Shown: positions 23,200-37,444, counted from the stretch's first letter. The stretch is 64,000 nucleotides of DNA from Squalus acanthias (GCA_030390025.1 CM059452.1:16988001-17052000); one strand, 5' to 3'. The notes: generated by a model not told the origin, from the letters alone. Made by a program: numbers and translations.

Positions 23200-26100
23200 C
23201 CCCCCCCCCCGCCCCCTCTCTGGGGTGGGGGAGTGGGAGTACAGTGGGATGAAAATTGCCCTTTGCCTCTCTCAGGTGGGCGAAAGGGGATACAATAGGT
23301 TAACAGTTGCCCTTTTCCCTCTCTCTGGTGGAGGAGTGCGGGTACAATAGGTTAACATTGCCCTTTCCCCTCTCTCTGGTGGGGAGTGGGGGCTATAGTA
23401 TGTTAATAGTTGCCCTTTCCCCTCTCTCTGGTGGGGGAGTCGGGGGTACAATGTGTTAACAAGTGCCCTTTCCCCTCTCTCTGGTGGGGGAGTGGGGGTA
23501 CAGTGGGTTAACAATTGTCCTTTCCCCTCTCTCTGGTGGGGAGTGGGGGGTACAGTATGTTAATAGTTGCCCTTTCCCCTCTCTCTGGTGGGGGAGTGGG
23601 GGTACAGTGGGTTAACAATTGTCCTTTCCCCTCTCTCTGGTGAGGCAGCGGGTACAGTTGGTTAACAACTGCCCATTCCCCTCTCTCTGGTGGGGAATGG
23701 GAGTACAGTGGGTTAAGAATTGTCCTCTCCCCTCTCTCTGTTGGTGAAGTTGGGGTACAGTGTGTTAACAATTGCCCATTCCCCTCTCTCTGGTGGGTTA
23801 GGGTTGTACAGTGGGTTAACAATTGTCCTTCCCCCTCTCTCTGGTGGGGGAATGGGGGTACAGTGGGTTAACAATTGTCCTTTCCCCTCTCTCTGGTGGG
23901 GGAGTGGGGGCACAGTGGGTTAACAATTTCCCTTCCCCCTCTCTCTGATGGGGAGTATTGCGACAGTTGGATAAGAGTCGAACGTTCCAGTCTCTCTGGT
24001 GGGGGAGTGGGTTAAAGTGTGTTAACAATTGCCCTTTCCCCTTCCTCTGGTTGTGGTGCGGGAGGTACAGTGGGTTCAAAAATAACCTTTCCTTGTCTCT
24101 GGTGGGGTACTGCGGTAAAAGTGAGTTAACAGTTGCCCTTTCCGTTCTCTCTGGTGGCGGAGCGACGGTAAAGTGGGATAACAATTTTCTTTCCCCTCTC
24201 TCTGGTGTGGGACTGTGGGTAAACTGTGTTAACAATTTCCATTCCTCTTCCTCTGGAGGGAATGTGGAAAGTACAGTTGTTTAATAGTTTCCCTTCCCCC
24301 TCTCTCTGCTATGGGAGCGGGGGTACAGTGGGATAACAATTGCCCTTTCCTCTCTCTCTCTCTGCTGGGGGAGTGTTGCGACAGTCAACCTTTCCAGTCT
24401 CTCTGGTGTTGGAATGCGTTACATTGTGTTAACAATTGCCCTTTCCCCTCTCTCTGGTGGGGAGTGGGGGTACAGTGTGTTAACAATTGCTCTTTCCCCA
24501 CTCTCTGGTGTTGCTGTTGGGATACAGTGATTTAACAATTGCTCTTTCCCCACTCTCTGGTGGGAAGTGGGGGTACAGTGTGTTAACAATTGCCCATTCC
24601 CTTCTCTCTGGTAGTGGAGGGGGGTATAGTGTGTTCATTAATGTCCGCTCCCCTCTCACCAGTGTGGGTGTGCGGGTACAATGGTTTATACAGTTGCCAT
24701 TTCCCCTCTCTCTGGTGGGGGCGTGTGGGTACAGTTGGTTAAAAAATGACTTTTCCCCTCTCTCTGTTGGGGGAGTGGGGGTACAGTGGGTTAACAATTG
24801 CCCTTTCCCCTCTCGCTGATGGGGGAGTGGGGGTACAGTGGGCTAACAATTGCCCTTTCCCCTCTCTCTGATGGGGGAGTGGTTGTACAGTGGGCTAACA
24901 ATTGCCCTTTCCTCTCTCTCTGATGGGGGACTGGGGTACAGTGGGCTAACAATTGCCCTTTCCCCTCTCTCTGGTGGGGGAGTGGGGGTACATTGGGTAA
25001 ACAATTGCCCTTTCCTCTCTCTCTGGTGGGGGAGTGGGTGTACAGTGTGTTAACAATTGCCCTTTCCCCTCTCTCTGAAGGGGGAGTGGGGGTACAGTGG
25101 GCTAACAATTGCCCTTTCCCCTCTCTCTGAAGGGGGAGTGGGGGTACAGTGGGATAACAATTGCACTTTTCCCTCTCTCTGGTGGGGGAGTGGGGGTACA
25201 TTGGGTAAACAATTGCCCTTTCCTCTCTCTCTGAAGGGGGAGTGGGGGTACAGTGGGATAACAATTGCAGTTTTCCCTCTCTGGTGGGGGAGTGTGGGTA
25301 CAGTGGGATAACAATTGCACTTTTCCCTCTCTGGTGGGGTAGTGTGGGTACAGTGGGATAACAATTGCACTTTTCCCTCTCTCTGGTGGGAGAATGGGGG
25401 TACAGTGGGTTAACAATTGCACTTCCCCCTCTCTCTGGTGGGGGAGTTGGGGTACAGTCGGTAAACAATTGTCCTTTCCCCTATCTCTGGTGGGGAGTGG
25501 GGGCACATTGGGTAAACAATTGCCCTTTCCCCTCTCTCTGGGGGGGAGTGGGGGTACAGTGGGTTAACAATTGCCCTTCCCCCTCTCTCTGGTGGGAGAA
25601 TGGGGGTACAGTGGGTTAACAATTGCACTTTTCCCTCTCTCTGGTGGGGAAGTGTGGGTACAGTGGGATAACAATTGCACTTTCCCCTCTCTCTGGTGGG
25701 GGAGTGGGGGAACAGTGCGTTCACAATTGCCCTTTCCTCTCTCTCTGGTGGGGAAGTGGGCGTACAGTTGGTTAACAATTGCACTTTCCCCTCTCTCTTT
25801 TGTGGGTGTGGGTGTACAGTGAGTTAACTATTGCTCTCTTCCCTCTATCTGGCGGAAGAGTGAGGATACAGTGGTTTAACAATTGCCATTTCCCCCCTCT
25901 CTGTTGGTGAAGTTGGGATACAGTGTGTTAACAATTGCCAATTCCACTGTCCCTGGTGGCGGAGGGGGGTACCCTGGGTTAATATATGTCCTGTCCTCTC
26001 TCACTGTTGTGGGAGTGGGAGGTACAGTGGGTTAACAATTTCCCCTCTCTCTGGTGGGGGAGTGGGGGTACAGTGTGTTAACAATTGTCCTTCCCCCTCT

Positions 26101-29100
26101 CTCTGGTGAGGGAGTGGGGGTACAGTGGGTTAACAATTGTTCTTTCCTCTCTTTCTATGGTGGAGTTGGAGTACAGTGGGTTAACAATTGCCCTTTCCTC
26201 TCTTTCTGGTTGGTGTCTGGGGTTACAGTTGGTTAACAATTTCCCTTTCCTCTCTTTCTGGTGGGGGTCTGGAGTTCAAGTTGGTAAACAATTGTCCTTT
26301 CCAGTCTCACTGGTGGGGGAGTGGGGGTGCAGTGGGTTAACAATTGCTCTGTCCCCTCTCACTGGTGGGGGAGTGGGAGGTACAGTGGGTTAGCAGTTGC
26401 ACATTCCCCTCTCTCTGGTGGTGGAGGCGAGTACATTCGGTTAATTAATGTCCTGTCCCCTCTCTCTGGTGGGGAGGAGGGGGGTAAAGTGGGTTAATAA
26501 TTGTCCTTCCCCCACTCTCTTGTGGGGCAGTTGTGGTACAGTGGGTTAACAATTGCCCTTTCCCCTCTCTCTGGTGGGGGAGTGGGGGTACAGTGTGTTA
26601 ACACTTGCCCTTGCCCCTCTCTCTGATTGGGGAGTGGGGGGTACAATGTGTTAACAATTGCCCTTTCCCCTCTCTCTGGTGGGGGAGTGGGGGTACAGTG
26701 TATTAACAATATCCCTTTTCCCTCTCTCTGGTGGGGATGTGGGAGGTACAGTGGGTTAACAATTGTCCTTTCCCCTCTCACTGGTGGGGGAGTGGGAGGT
26801 ACAGTGGGTTAACAATTGCACATACCCCTCTCTCTGGTGGTGGAGGGGAGTAGAGTCGGTTAACTAATGTCCTGTCCCCTCTCTCTTGTGGTGGAAGTGG
26901 TGGGCTCAGTGGGTTAACAATTGCCCTTTCCCCTCTCTCTGGTGTGGGAGTGGTGGGTACAGTTGGTTAACAATTGCCCTTTCCCCTCTCTCTGGTGCGG
27001 GAGCGGGGGCTACAGTGTGTTAACAATTGCCCTTTCCCCTCTCTCTGGTGCGGGAGTGGTGGTACAGTGGGTTAATTATTGACAATTCCGCTCTCTCTGG
27101 TGGGGGAGTGGAGGTACTTTGGGTTAACAATTGCCCTTTCCCCTCTCTCTGGTGGGGTGTGGAGGTACAGTGGGTTAACAATTGGCCTCTCCCCTCTCTC
27201 TGGTGGGGGAGCGGTTGGTACAGTGGGTTAACAATTGCCCGTTACCCTCTCTCTGGTGGTGGGAGCGGGGGCTACAGTGGGTTACCAATTGCCCTTCCCC
27301 CACTCTCTGGTGGGGGGAGCGGTGGCTACAGTGGGTTAACAATTGCCCTTTCCACTCTCTCTGTTGGGTGAGTGGGGGTACAGTGGGTTAACAATTGCCC
27401 TTCTCCCTCTCTCTGGTGCGGGAGCGGGGGCTACAGTGGGTTAACAATTGCCCTTTCCACTCTCTCTGTTGGGTGAGTGGGGGTACAGTGGGTTAACAAT
27501 TGCCCTTTACCCTCTCTCTGGTGGGGGAGTGGGGTGTACAGTGGGTTAACAATTGCCCTTTCCCCTCTCTCTGAAGGGGGAGTGGGGGTACAGTGGGATA
27601 ACAATTGCACTTTTCCCTCTCTCTGGTGGGGGAGTGGGGGTACATTGGGTAAACAATTGCCCTTTCCTCTCTCTCTGGTGGGGGAGTGGGTGTACAGTGG
27701 GTTAACAATTGCCCTTTCCCCTCTCTCTGAAGGGGGAGTGGGGGTACAGTGGGCTAACAATTGCCCTTTCCCCTCTCTCTGAAGGGGGAGTGGGGGTACA
27801 GTGGGATAACAATTGCAGTTTTCCCTCTCTGGTGGGGGAGTGTGGGTACAGTGGGATAACAATTGCACTTTTCCCTCTCTGGTGGGGTAGTGTGGGTACA
27901 GTGGGATAACAATTGCACTTTTCCCTCTCTCTGGTGGGAGAATGGGGGTACAGTGGGTTAACAATTGCACTTCCCCCTCTCTCTGGTGGGGGAGTTGGGG
28001 TACAGTCGGTAAACAATTGTCCTTTCCCCTCTCTCTGGTGGGGGAGTGGGGGCACATTGGGTAAACAATTGCCCTTTCCCCTCTCTCTGGGGGGGAGTGG
28101 GGGTACAGTGGGTTAACAATTGCCCTTCCCCCTCTCTCTGGTGGGAGAATGGGGGTACAGTGGGTTAACAATTGCACTTTTCCCTCTCTCTGGTGGGGAA
28201 GTGTGGGTACAGTGGGATAACAATTGCACTTTCCCCTCTCTCTGGTGGGGGAGTGGGGGAACAGTGCGTTCACAATTGCCCTTTCCTCTCTCTCTGGTGG
28301 GGAAGTGGGCGTACAGTTGGTTAACAATTGCACTTTCCCCTCTCTCTTTTGTGGGTGTGGGTGTACAGTGAGTTAACTATTGCTCTCTTCCCTCTATCTG
28401 GCGGAAGAGTGAGGATACAGTGGTTTAACAATTGCCATTTCCCCCCTCTCTGTTGGTGAAGTTGGGATACAGTGTGTTAACAATTGCCAATTCCACTGTC
28501 CCTGGTGGCGGAGGGGGGTACCCTGGGTTAATATATGTCCTGTCCTCTCTCACTGTTGTGGGAGTGGGAGGTACAGTGGGTTAACAATTTCCCCTCTCTC
28601 TGGTGGGGGAGTGGGGGTACAGTGTGTTAACAATTGTCCTTCCCCCTCTCTCTGGTGAGGGAGTGGGGGTACAGTGGGTTAACAATTGTTCTTTCCTCTC
28701 TTTCTATGGTGGAGTTGGAGTACAGTGGGTTAACAATTGCCCTTTCCTCTCTTTCTGGTTGGTGTCTGGGGTTACAGTTGGTTAACAATTTCCCTTTCCT
28801 CTCTTTCTGGTGGGGGTCTGGAGTTCAAGTTGGTAAACAATTGTCCTTTCCAGTCTCACTGGTGGGGGAGTGGGGGTGCAGTGGGTTAACAATTGCTCTG
28901 TCCCCTCTCACTGGTGGGGGAGTGGGAGGTACAGTGGGTTAGCAGTTGCACATTCCCCTCTCTCTGGTGGTGGAGGCGAGTACATTCGGTTAATTAATGT
29001 CCTGTCCCCTCTCTCTGGTGGGGAGGAGGGGGGTAAAGTGGGTTAATAATTGTCCTTCCCCCACTCTCTTGTGGGGCAGTTGTGGTACAGTGGGTTAACA

Positions 29101-32100
29101 ATTGCCCTTTCCCCTCTCTCTGGTGGGGGAGTGGGGGTACAGTGGGTTAACACTTGCCCTTGCCCCTCTCTCTGATTGGGGAGTGGGGGGTACAATGTGT
29201 TAACAATTGCCCTTTCCCCTCTCTCTGGTGGGGGAGTGGGGGTACAGTGTATTAACAATATCCCTTTTCCCTCTCTCTGGTGGGGATGTGGGAGGTACAG
29301 TGGGTTAACAATTGTCCTTTCCCCTCTCACTGGTGGGGGAGTGGGAGGTACAGTGGGTTAACAATTGCACATACCCCTCTCTCTGGTGGTGGAGGGGAGT
29401 AGAGTCGGTTAACTAATGTCCTGTCCCCTCTCTCTTGTGGTGGAAGTGGTGGGCTCAGTGGGTTAACAATTGCCCTTTCCCCTCTCTCTGGTGTGGGAGT
29501 GGTGGGTACAGTTGGTTAACAATTGCCCTTTCCCCTCTCTCTGGTGCGGGAGCGGGGGCTACAGTGTGTTAACAATTGCCCTTTCCCCTCTCTCTGGTGC
29601 GGGAGTGGTGGTACAGTGGGTTAATTATTGACAATTCCGCTCTCTCTGGTGGGGGAGTGGAGGTACTTTGGGTTAACAATTGCCCTTTCCCCTCTCTCTG
29701 GTGGGGTGTGGAGGTACAGTGGGTTAACAATTGGCCTCTCCCCTCTCTCTGGTGGGGGAGCGGTTGGTACAGTGGGTTAACAATTGCCCGTTACCCTCTC
29801 TCTGGTGGTGGGAGCGGGGGCTACAGTGGGTTAACAATTGCCCTTCCCCCACTCTCTGGTGGGGGGAGCGGTGGCTACAGTGGGTTAACAATTGCCCTTT
29901 CCACTCTCTCTGTTGGGTGAGTGGGGGTACAGTGGGTTAACAATTGCCCTTCTCCCTCTCTCTGGTGCGGGAGCGGGGGCTACAGTGGGTTAACAATTGC
30001 CCTTTCCACTCTCTCTGTTGGGTGAGTTGGGGTACAGTGGGTTAACAATTGCCCTTTACCCTCTCTCTGGTGGGGGAGTGGGGTGTACAGTGGGTTAACA
30101 ATTGCACTTTCCCCTCTCTATGGTGGGGAGTGAGGGTACAGTGGGTTAACAATTGCCCTTTCCCCGCTCTCTGGTTGGTGAGTGGGGGTACAGTGGGTTA
30201 ACAATTGCCCTTTCCCCATTCTCTGGTTGGGGAGTAGGGGTACAGTGGGTTAACAATTGCCCTTTCCCCTCTCTCTGGTGGGGGAGCGGGTGGTACAGTG
30301 GCTTAACAATTGCCCTTTCCCCATTCTCTGGTGGGGGAGTGGTGGTACAGTTGATTAACAATTGCCCTTTCCCCTCTCTCTGGTGGGTGAGTGGGGCTAC
30401 AGTGGGTTAACAATTGCCCTTTCCCCATTCTCTGGTTGTGGAGTGGGGGTACAGTGGTTTAACAATTGCCCTTTCCCCTTTCTCTGTTGTGGGAGTGTTG
30501 CTAATGTTGTTTAAGAGTCGACCTTTCCAGTCTCTCTGTTATGGGAGTGGGTTACAGTTGGTTAAGAGTCGACCTTTCCAGTCTCTCTGTTGTGGGAGTG
30601 GGTTACATTTGGTTAACAATTTCCCTTTCCCCTCTCTCTGGTGGGGGCGATTCGGTACAGTGGGTTAACAATTGCCCTTTCCTCTCTTTCTATGGGGGAG
30701 TGGGTGTACAGTGGGTTAACAATTGCCCTTTCCTCTCTTTCTACGGGGGAGTGGGGGTACAGTGGGTTAACAATTTCCCTTTCCTCTCTTTCTATGGGGG
30801 TGTGGGGGTACAGTGGGTTAACAATTCCTCTTTCCTCTCTTTCTATGGGGGTGTGGGGGTACAGTGGGTTAACAATTTCACTTTCCTCTCTTTCTATTGG
30901 AGATTCGGGGTCCAGTGGGTTAACAATTGCCCTTTCCTCTCTTTCTGTTTGGGGTCTGGGGTTACAGTTGGTTAACAATTGTCCTTTTCTCCCTCTCTGG
31001 TGGGGGAGTGGGTGTACAGTGTGTTAACCATGGCCTTTTTCCCTCTCTCTGTTGTGGGAGTGGGGGTGCAGTGGGTTAACAATTGCTCTGCCCCCTCTCT
31101 CTGGTCGGGGAGTTGGTGGTACAGCCGTTTAACTATTGCCCTTTCCCCTCTCTCTGGTGCGCAGGGGGTACAGTTGGTTAATAATTGGCCTTTCCCCTCT
31201 ATCTGGTGGGGGACTGGGTGTATAGTAGGTTAAGAATTGCCCTTTCCTCCCTCTCTGGTGGGGGAGTGGGGGTACAGTGTGTTAACAATTGCCTTTGTCC
31301 CTCTCTCTGTTGGGGAGAGGTGGTACAGTGTGTTAACAATTGCCCTTTCCCCTCTCTCTGGTGGCGGATTTGGAGGTACATTGTGTTAACAATTGCCCTT
31401 TCCCCTCTCTCTGGTGGGGAAGAGAGGGATCAGTGGGTTAAGAATTGCCCTTTCCCCTCTCTCTGTTGGGGAGTGGGGGTACAGTGTGTTAACAATTGCC
31501 TTTTCCCCTCTCTCTGGTGGCGGAGTTGGAGGTACATTGGGTTAACAATTGCCCTTTCCCCTCTCTATGGTGGGGAAGAGGGGCATCAGTGGGTTAACAA
31601 TGGCCTTTTTCCCTCTCTCTTTTGGGGAGAGGGGGTACAGTGTGTTAACAATTGCCCTTTCCCCTCTCTCTGGTGGGGGAGTGGGGGTCTAGTGGGTTAA
31701 CAATTGCCCTTTTCCCTCTCTCTGTTGGGGAGTGGGGGTACAGTGTGTTAACAATTGCCTTTTCCCCTCTCTCTGGTGGCGAAGTTGGAGGTACAGTGGG
31801 TTAACAATTGCCCTTTCCCCTCTCTCTGGTGGGGGAGTGGGGGTCTAGTGGGTTAACAGTTGCCCTTTCCCCTCTCTCTGGTGGGGGAGTGGGGGTACAG
31901 TGGGTTAACAATTGCCTTTTCCCCTCTCTCTGGTGGGGAAGAGAGGGATCAGTGGGTTAACAATTGCCCTTTCCCCTCTCTCTGTTGGGGAGTGGGGGTA
32001 CAGTGTGTTAACAATTGCCTTTTCCCCTCTCTCTGGTGGCGGAGTTGGAGGTACATTGGGTTAACAATTGCCCTTTCCCCTCTCTATGGTGGGGAAGAGG

Positions 32101-34470
32101 GGCATCAGTGGGTTAACAATTGACCTTTCCCCTCTCTCTGGTGGGGGAGTGGGGTTACAGTAGGTTGACAATTGCCCTTTCCTCGATCTGGTGGGGGAGT
32201 GTTGGTACAGTGGGTTAACAATTGCCCTTTCCCCTCTCTCTGGTGGGGGAGTGGGGGTACAGTGGGTTAACAATGGCCTTTTTACCTCTCTCTTTTGGGG
32301 AGAGGGGGTACAGTGTGTTAACAATTGCCCTTTCCCCTCTCTCTGGTGGGGGAGTGGGGGTCTAGTGGGTTAACAATTGCCCTTTTCCCTCTCTCTGTTG
32401 GGGTAGATGGGGTACAGTGGGTTAACAATTGCCCTTTCCTCCCTCTCTGGTGGGGGAGTGGGGGTACAGTGTGTTAACAATTGCCTTTCCCCTCTCTCTG
32501 GTGGGGGAGTTGGAGGTACATTGGGTTAACAGTTGCCCTTTCCCCTCTCTCTGGTGTGGGAGTGGGGGTACAGTGGGTTAACAATTGTCCTTCCCCCACT
32601 CTGGTGTGGGAGTGGGGTACAGTGGGTTAACAATTGCCTTTCCTCTCTCTCTGGTGTGAGAGTGGGGGTACAGTGGGTTAACAATTGCCATTCCCCCGCT
32701 CTCTGGTGGGGGTGTGGGTGTACATTGGGTTAACAATTGCCTTTCCTCTCTCTCTGGTGGGAGAGTGGGGGTACAGTGGGTTAAAAATCGCACATCCCCC
32801 TCCCTCTGGTGGGGGAGTGGGGTACATTGGGTTAACAATTGCCCTTTCCCCTCTCTCTGGTGGGGTAATGGATTACAGTGAGTTAACAGTCGCCCTTTCC
32901 CCTCTCTCTGGTGGGGTAGATGGGGTACAGTGGGTTAACAATTGCCCTTCTCCCTCTCTCTAGTGGGTTAGGGGGGGATTTAGTGGGTTAATAATTGCCC
33001 TTGCCCCTCTCTCTGATTGGGGAGTGGTGGGTAGAGTGGGTTAATTGCCCTTTCGCCTCTCTCTGGTTGGGGAGTGGGCGGTACAGTGGGTTAACAATTG
33101 CCCTTCTCCCTCTCTCTAGTGGGTTAGGGGGGGATTTAGTGGGTTAATAATTGCCCTTTCCCCTCTCTCTGGTTGGGGAGTGGGGGTACAGTGAGTTAAC
33201 AATTGCCCTTTCCCCTCTCTCTGGTTGGGGAGTGGGCGGTACAGTGGGTTAACAATTGTCCTTTCCCGTCTCTCTGGTGGGGGAGTGGGGTACAGTGGGT
33301 TAAGGATTGTCCTTCCCAATCTCTGGTTGGGGAGTGGTGCTCAGGGGGTTAACAATTGCCCTTTCCACTCTCTCTGGTGGGGGAGTGGGGGTACAGTGGG
33401 TTAAGGATTGTCCTTCCCAATCTCTGGTTGGGGAGTGGTGCTCAGGGGGTTAACAATTGCCCTTTCCACTCTCTCTGGTGGGGGAGTGGGGGTACAGTGT
33501 ATTAACAATTGCCACTTCGCCTCTCTCTGGTGGGGGAGTGGGGGTACAGTGAGTTAAATTTTGATCTTCCCCCTCTCTCTGGTGGAGGAGAGTGGGATCA
33601 GTGGGTTAACAATTGTCCTTCTCCCTCTCTCTAGTGAGGTAGTGGGGGGATTTAGTGGGTTAATAATTGCCCTTGCCCCTCTCTCTGATTGGGGAGTGTT
33701 GGGTACAGTGGGTTAACGTTTGCCCTTTCCCCTCTCTCTGGTTGGGGAGTGGTGTTACAGTGGGTTAACAATTGTCCTTCTCCATCTCTCTGGTGGGGTA
33801 GTGGGGGTACAGTGGGTTAACAATTGCCCTTCTCCATCTCTCTGGTGGGGTAGTGGGGGTACAGTGGGTTAACAATTGCACTTTCCCCTCTCTCTGGTGG
33901 GGGCGATTCGGTACAGTGGGTTAACAATTGTCCTTTCCCGTCTCTCTGGTGGGGGAGTGGGGGGTATATGTGGTTATCAATTATCCTTTCCCCTCTCCCT
34001 GGTGGGGGAACGCTGTACAGTAGTTTAACAATCGCTCTTCTCCCTCTCTCTGCTGGGGTGGTGGGTGGCACAGTTGGTTAACAATTGCCTTTTCCCCTCT
34101 CTCTGGTGGGAGAGTCGGAGCTACAGTGGGTTAACAGTTGCTCTATCCCCTCTCTCTGGTGGGGGAGTGGGGGTACAGTGGGTTAACAATTGCCCTTTCG
34201 CCTCTCTCTGGTGGGGGAGTGGGGGTACAGTGGGTTAACAATTGCCTTTTCCCCTCTCTCTTGTGGGGGAGTCGGAGCTACAGTGGGTTAACAGTTGCTC
34301 TATCCCCTCTCTCTGGTGGGGGAGTGGGGGTACATTGGGTTAACAATTGCCTTTTCCTCTCTCTCTGGTGGAGGAGTGGGGTTACGGTTGTTTAAAGATT
34401 GCCCTTTCGCCTCTCTCTGGTGGGCAGTGGAGGTACAGTGCATCAACACTTGCCTTTCCCCTCTCTCTGG
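23200..34470. repeat. 11-kb satellite, ~52-bp unit CAGTGGGTTAACAATTGCCCTTTCCCCTCTCTCTGGTGGGGGAGTGGGGGTA, in the IgM CH4-TM intron
   Basis: More than 200 diverged copies, including a near-identical higher-order duplication with 2549-bp offset. All ORFs here are artefacts. Confidence 0.97.
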
Positions 34471-34699
34471 TGAGACACAGTTCATGGTCCTCTGTGGCCG
34501 GACTTCAGTGAGTGCGATTCTCCAAATGAAAACTGTCCCCAATTCTGATGGGATGAATAACACGAGAAACTGGGAGACCGAGATCTAAATGTGCAGCCTT
34601 TGCTTGTCGGTAATGTGAATATTCAGATTCCCCCAGCGGAGGGAAATTTGCTCAAGTTACTTTGAGGAATGCTGTAGTCAGAGAGCTTCACTCTGTCTC

Positions 34700-36858
34700 T
34701 AACAAAGCAAACTACGAAGATATGAGGGGCGAGTTAGCTAAGGTAGACTACATGGCTAGCATTTAAAGAATTAATACATCATTTACAACAAATATACATT
34801 CCTTTCAGGCACAAAAAACCCACAGGAAAAGTGGTCCAATCGTGGCTAACAAGAGAAGTTAAAGATCGTATTAGATCAAACGAAGAGACTGATGACGCTG
34901 CCAAAAGATTAGTAAGCCAGGGGATTGGGAAGATTTTAGAATTCAGCAAAAGAGGACGAAGAAATTGATAAAGAAAGGGAAAATAGAATATGAGAGTAAA
35001 CTAGTGAGAGACATAAAAACAGACTGTAAATAGGTATGTAAAAATGTAAAGATTAGCGAAAATAAATGTGGGTCCCTTCCAAGCTGATACAGGAGCAATT
35101 ATAATTGGGGAATAACGAAATGGCTGAGCAATTAAGCAAATACTTTGTGTCCGTCTTCACGGAAGAAGACGCAAAAAACTTCCTGGAAATAGGGGACAAC
35201 AAGGGTCTAATGAGCATGAGGAATTGAAAGATATTAGTATTAGTAAAAAAAAGTAGTACTGGAGAAATTGATGGGACTGAAAGCCAATAAATCCGTTGGA
35301 TCTGATTGCCTACATGCAAGAGTTGAAAGAGTTGGCTATAGAGATAGTGGTTGTCATTTTCCAAAATTCCATAGATTCCAGAACGGTTCCCCTGGATTGG
35401 AAGGTGGAAAATGTAACCCCACTATTTAAGAAAGGAGGGAGAGAGAAATCGGGGAACTTCAGACCAGTTAGAATTACATCAGTAGTAGGAAAAATGCTAG
35501 ATTCTATTGTTAAGGACGTGGTAACAGGGGACTTAGAAAATAATAATAGGATTGGGCAGAGTCAACACGGATTTATGAAAGGGAAATCGTGTTTGACGAT
35601 TCTGTTAGAGTTTTGAGGTTATAACTATCAGAATAGATAATGGGGAACCAGTGGATGTGGTGTATTTGGATTTTCAGAAGGCATTCGATAAGGTGCCACA
35701 CAAGATATTTAAACAGAATTAGGGCTCATGAGATTGGGGGTAATAAACTAGCATGGATTGAGGTTTGGTTAACGGACAGAAAACAGAGAGTAGGAATAAA
35801 CAGGTCACTTGCGGGTTGGCAGGCTGTAACTAGTGGGGTACCCAAGGATCAGTGCTTGGGCCTCAGCTATTCCCAATTTACATCAATGATTCGGATGAGG
35901 GGACCAAATGGAATATTTCCAATTTTGCTGATGAAAAAAGGCTAAGTGGGAATGTAAGTTGTGAGGAGGATTCAAAGAGGCTTCAAAGGGATATAGACAG
36001 GCTAAGTGAGTGGGCAACAACATGGCAAATGGAATATAAGGTGGAGAAATGTGAAGTTATGCACTTTGGTAGGAAAAACAGAAAAGCAGAGTATTTTTAA
36101 ATGGTGAGAAATTGGGAGATGTTGGCGTTTAGAGGGAGCTTGATGTCCTTGTACACGAATCACTGAAAGTTAACATGCAAGTATAGCAAGCAATTAGGAA
36201 AGCAAATGGTATGTTGACCTTTATTACAAGAGGATTTGAGTGTAAGAGTAAATACGTCTTACTGCAATTATATAGGGCCCTGGTGAGACCACACCTGGGG
36301 TATTGAGTACAGCTCTGTTCTCCTTACCTAAGGAAGGGTATACTTGCCATAGAGGGAGTGCAACAAAAGTTCACCAGACTGATTCCTGGGATGGGGGGAT
36401 TGTCCTATGAGGACAAATTGAGTAGACTAAGCCTATATTCTGTAGAGTTTTGAAGAATGAGAGCTGATCTCATTGAAACATATACAATTTTACACGGCTT
36501 GACAGGGTGGATGCAGGGAAGTTATTTCCCCTGGCTGATGAGTCTAAAACCGGAGATCACAATCTCAGAATAAGGGGTCGGCCATTTAGGTCTGAGATGA
36601 GGAGAAATTTCTACACTCAGAGGATGGTGAATCTTTGGAATTATCTACCCCAGAGGGTTGTGGAGGCTCAGTCGTTGAGTATATTCAAGACAGAGATCGA
36701 TAGATTTTTGAGTATTAAGGGGGTCAAGGGATATGGGGATAGTTCAGGAAAGTGGAGATGAGGTAGAAGATCAGCCATGAACTTATTTAATGGCGGAGCT
36801 GGTTCGAAGCGCCAAATGCCCGACTCCTGCTCCTATTTCTTAAGTTGTTTATGTTCTA
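34700..36858 (+). mobile_element. Degenerate 5'-truncated CR1 LINE
   Basis: Fragments NVTPLFKKG, SQHGFMKGKSCLT, LGPQLF..FADE and MRRNFYTQRMVNLWN, plus 3'UTR. Confidence 0.9.
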
Positions 36859-37053
36859 ACCCGTGATGTAATCTGAGTTGGGAGCGCTGGCGTTACAAGC
36901 CTTGTGCCCGAGAACCGCAAACACCCTACTTCAGATAAACAGCTCCCCCTTGGCAAAAATGGGAAAACAATTAATTCAGCGGCTGTGTGTTTAACTCACG
37001 ATCGGAAGAAAAGGCCTTTATTGATTTTTATTTAAGAACTGAGATGCAGTTGC

Positions 37054-37444
37054 TCAATGATAAGAATTGACAGTGTCATTCAGTACAAGGGAAATGTTCA
37101 CAAACATTGTTTACCACTGGATTTATTGATCGTTCTGGTGATGATCTTCAAGGGGAGCGCTTCATGTCCCACCACACAGGAGTAAGAAGCGCCGCTGGCC
37201 CACTCCTCCGCTGCAATGGATAACAGGCTGTAAATGAAGAAGGAACTGCTGCCGTTCTCCGCCATCACCTCGGTGTTCTTGTAGTTGCTGGAATTCACCG
37301 GCTTGTCATTGACGATCATCTTGACGAAGATCTCTCGGGGGGAGAAACCTCTCCCTAAGCAGGTGAGTATGACGAACCTCTGAGCGGAGATTTCTTCTGC
37401 CGAGGGCAGGAGGACAGACGCGAACGTTTGCCGCGGATCTTTAG
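37054..37444 (-). pseudogene. IGHM: IgM CH4 exon plus secretory tail (frameshifted)
   Basis: CAG|(A)[47 protein letters not shown]...[29 protein letters not shown]. Cryptic TM donor G|GTAAA at 37115/37114. The tail [19 protein letters not shown] has a 1-nt deletion and Cys>Tyr. The conserved Trp is replaced by Met. AATAAA at 37027-37032. Confidence 0.95.
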
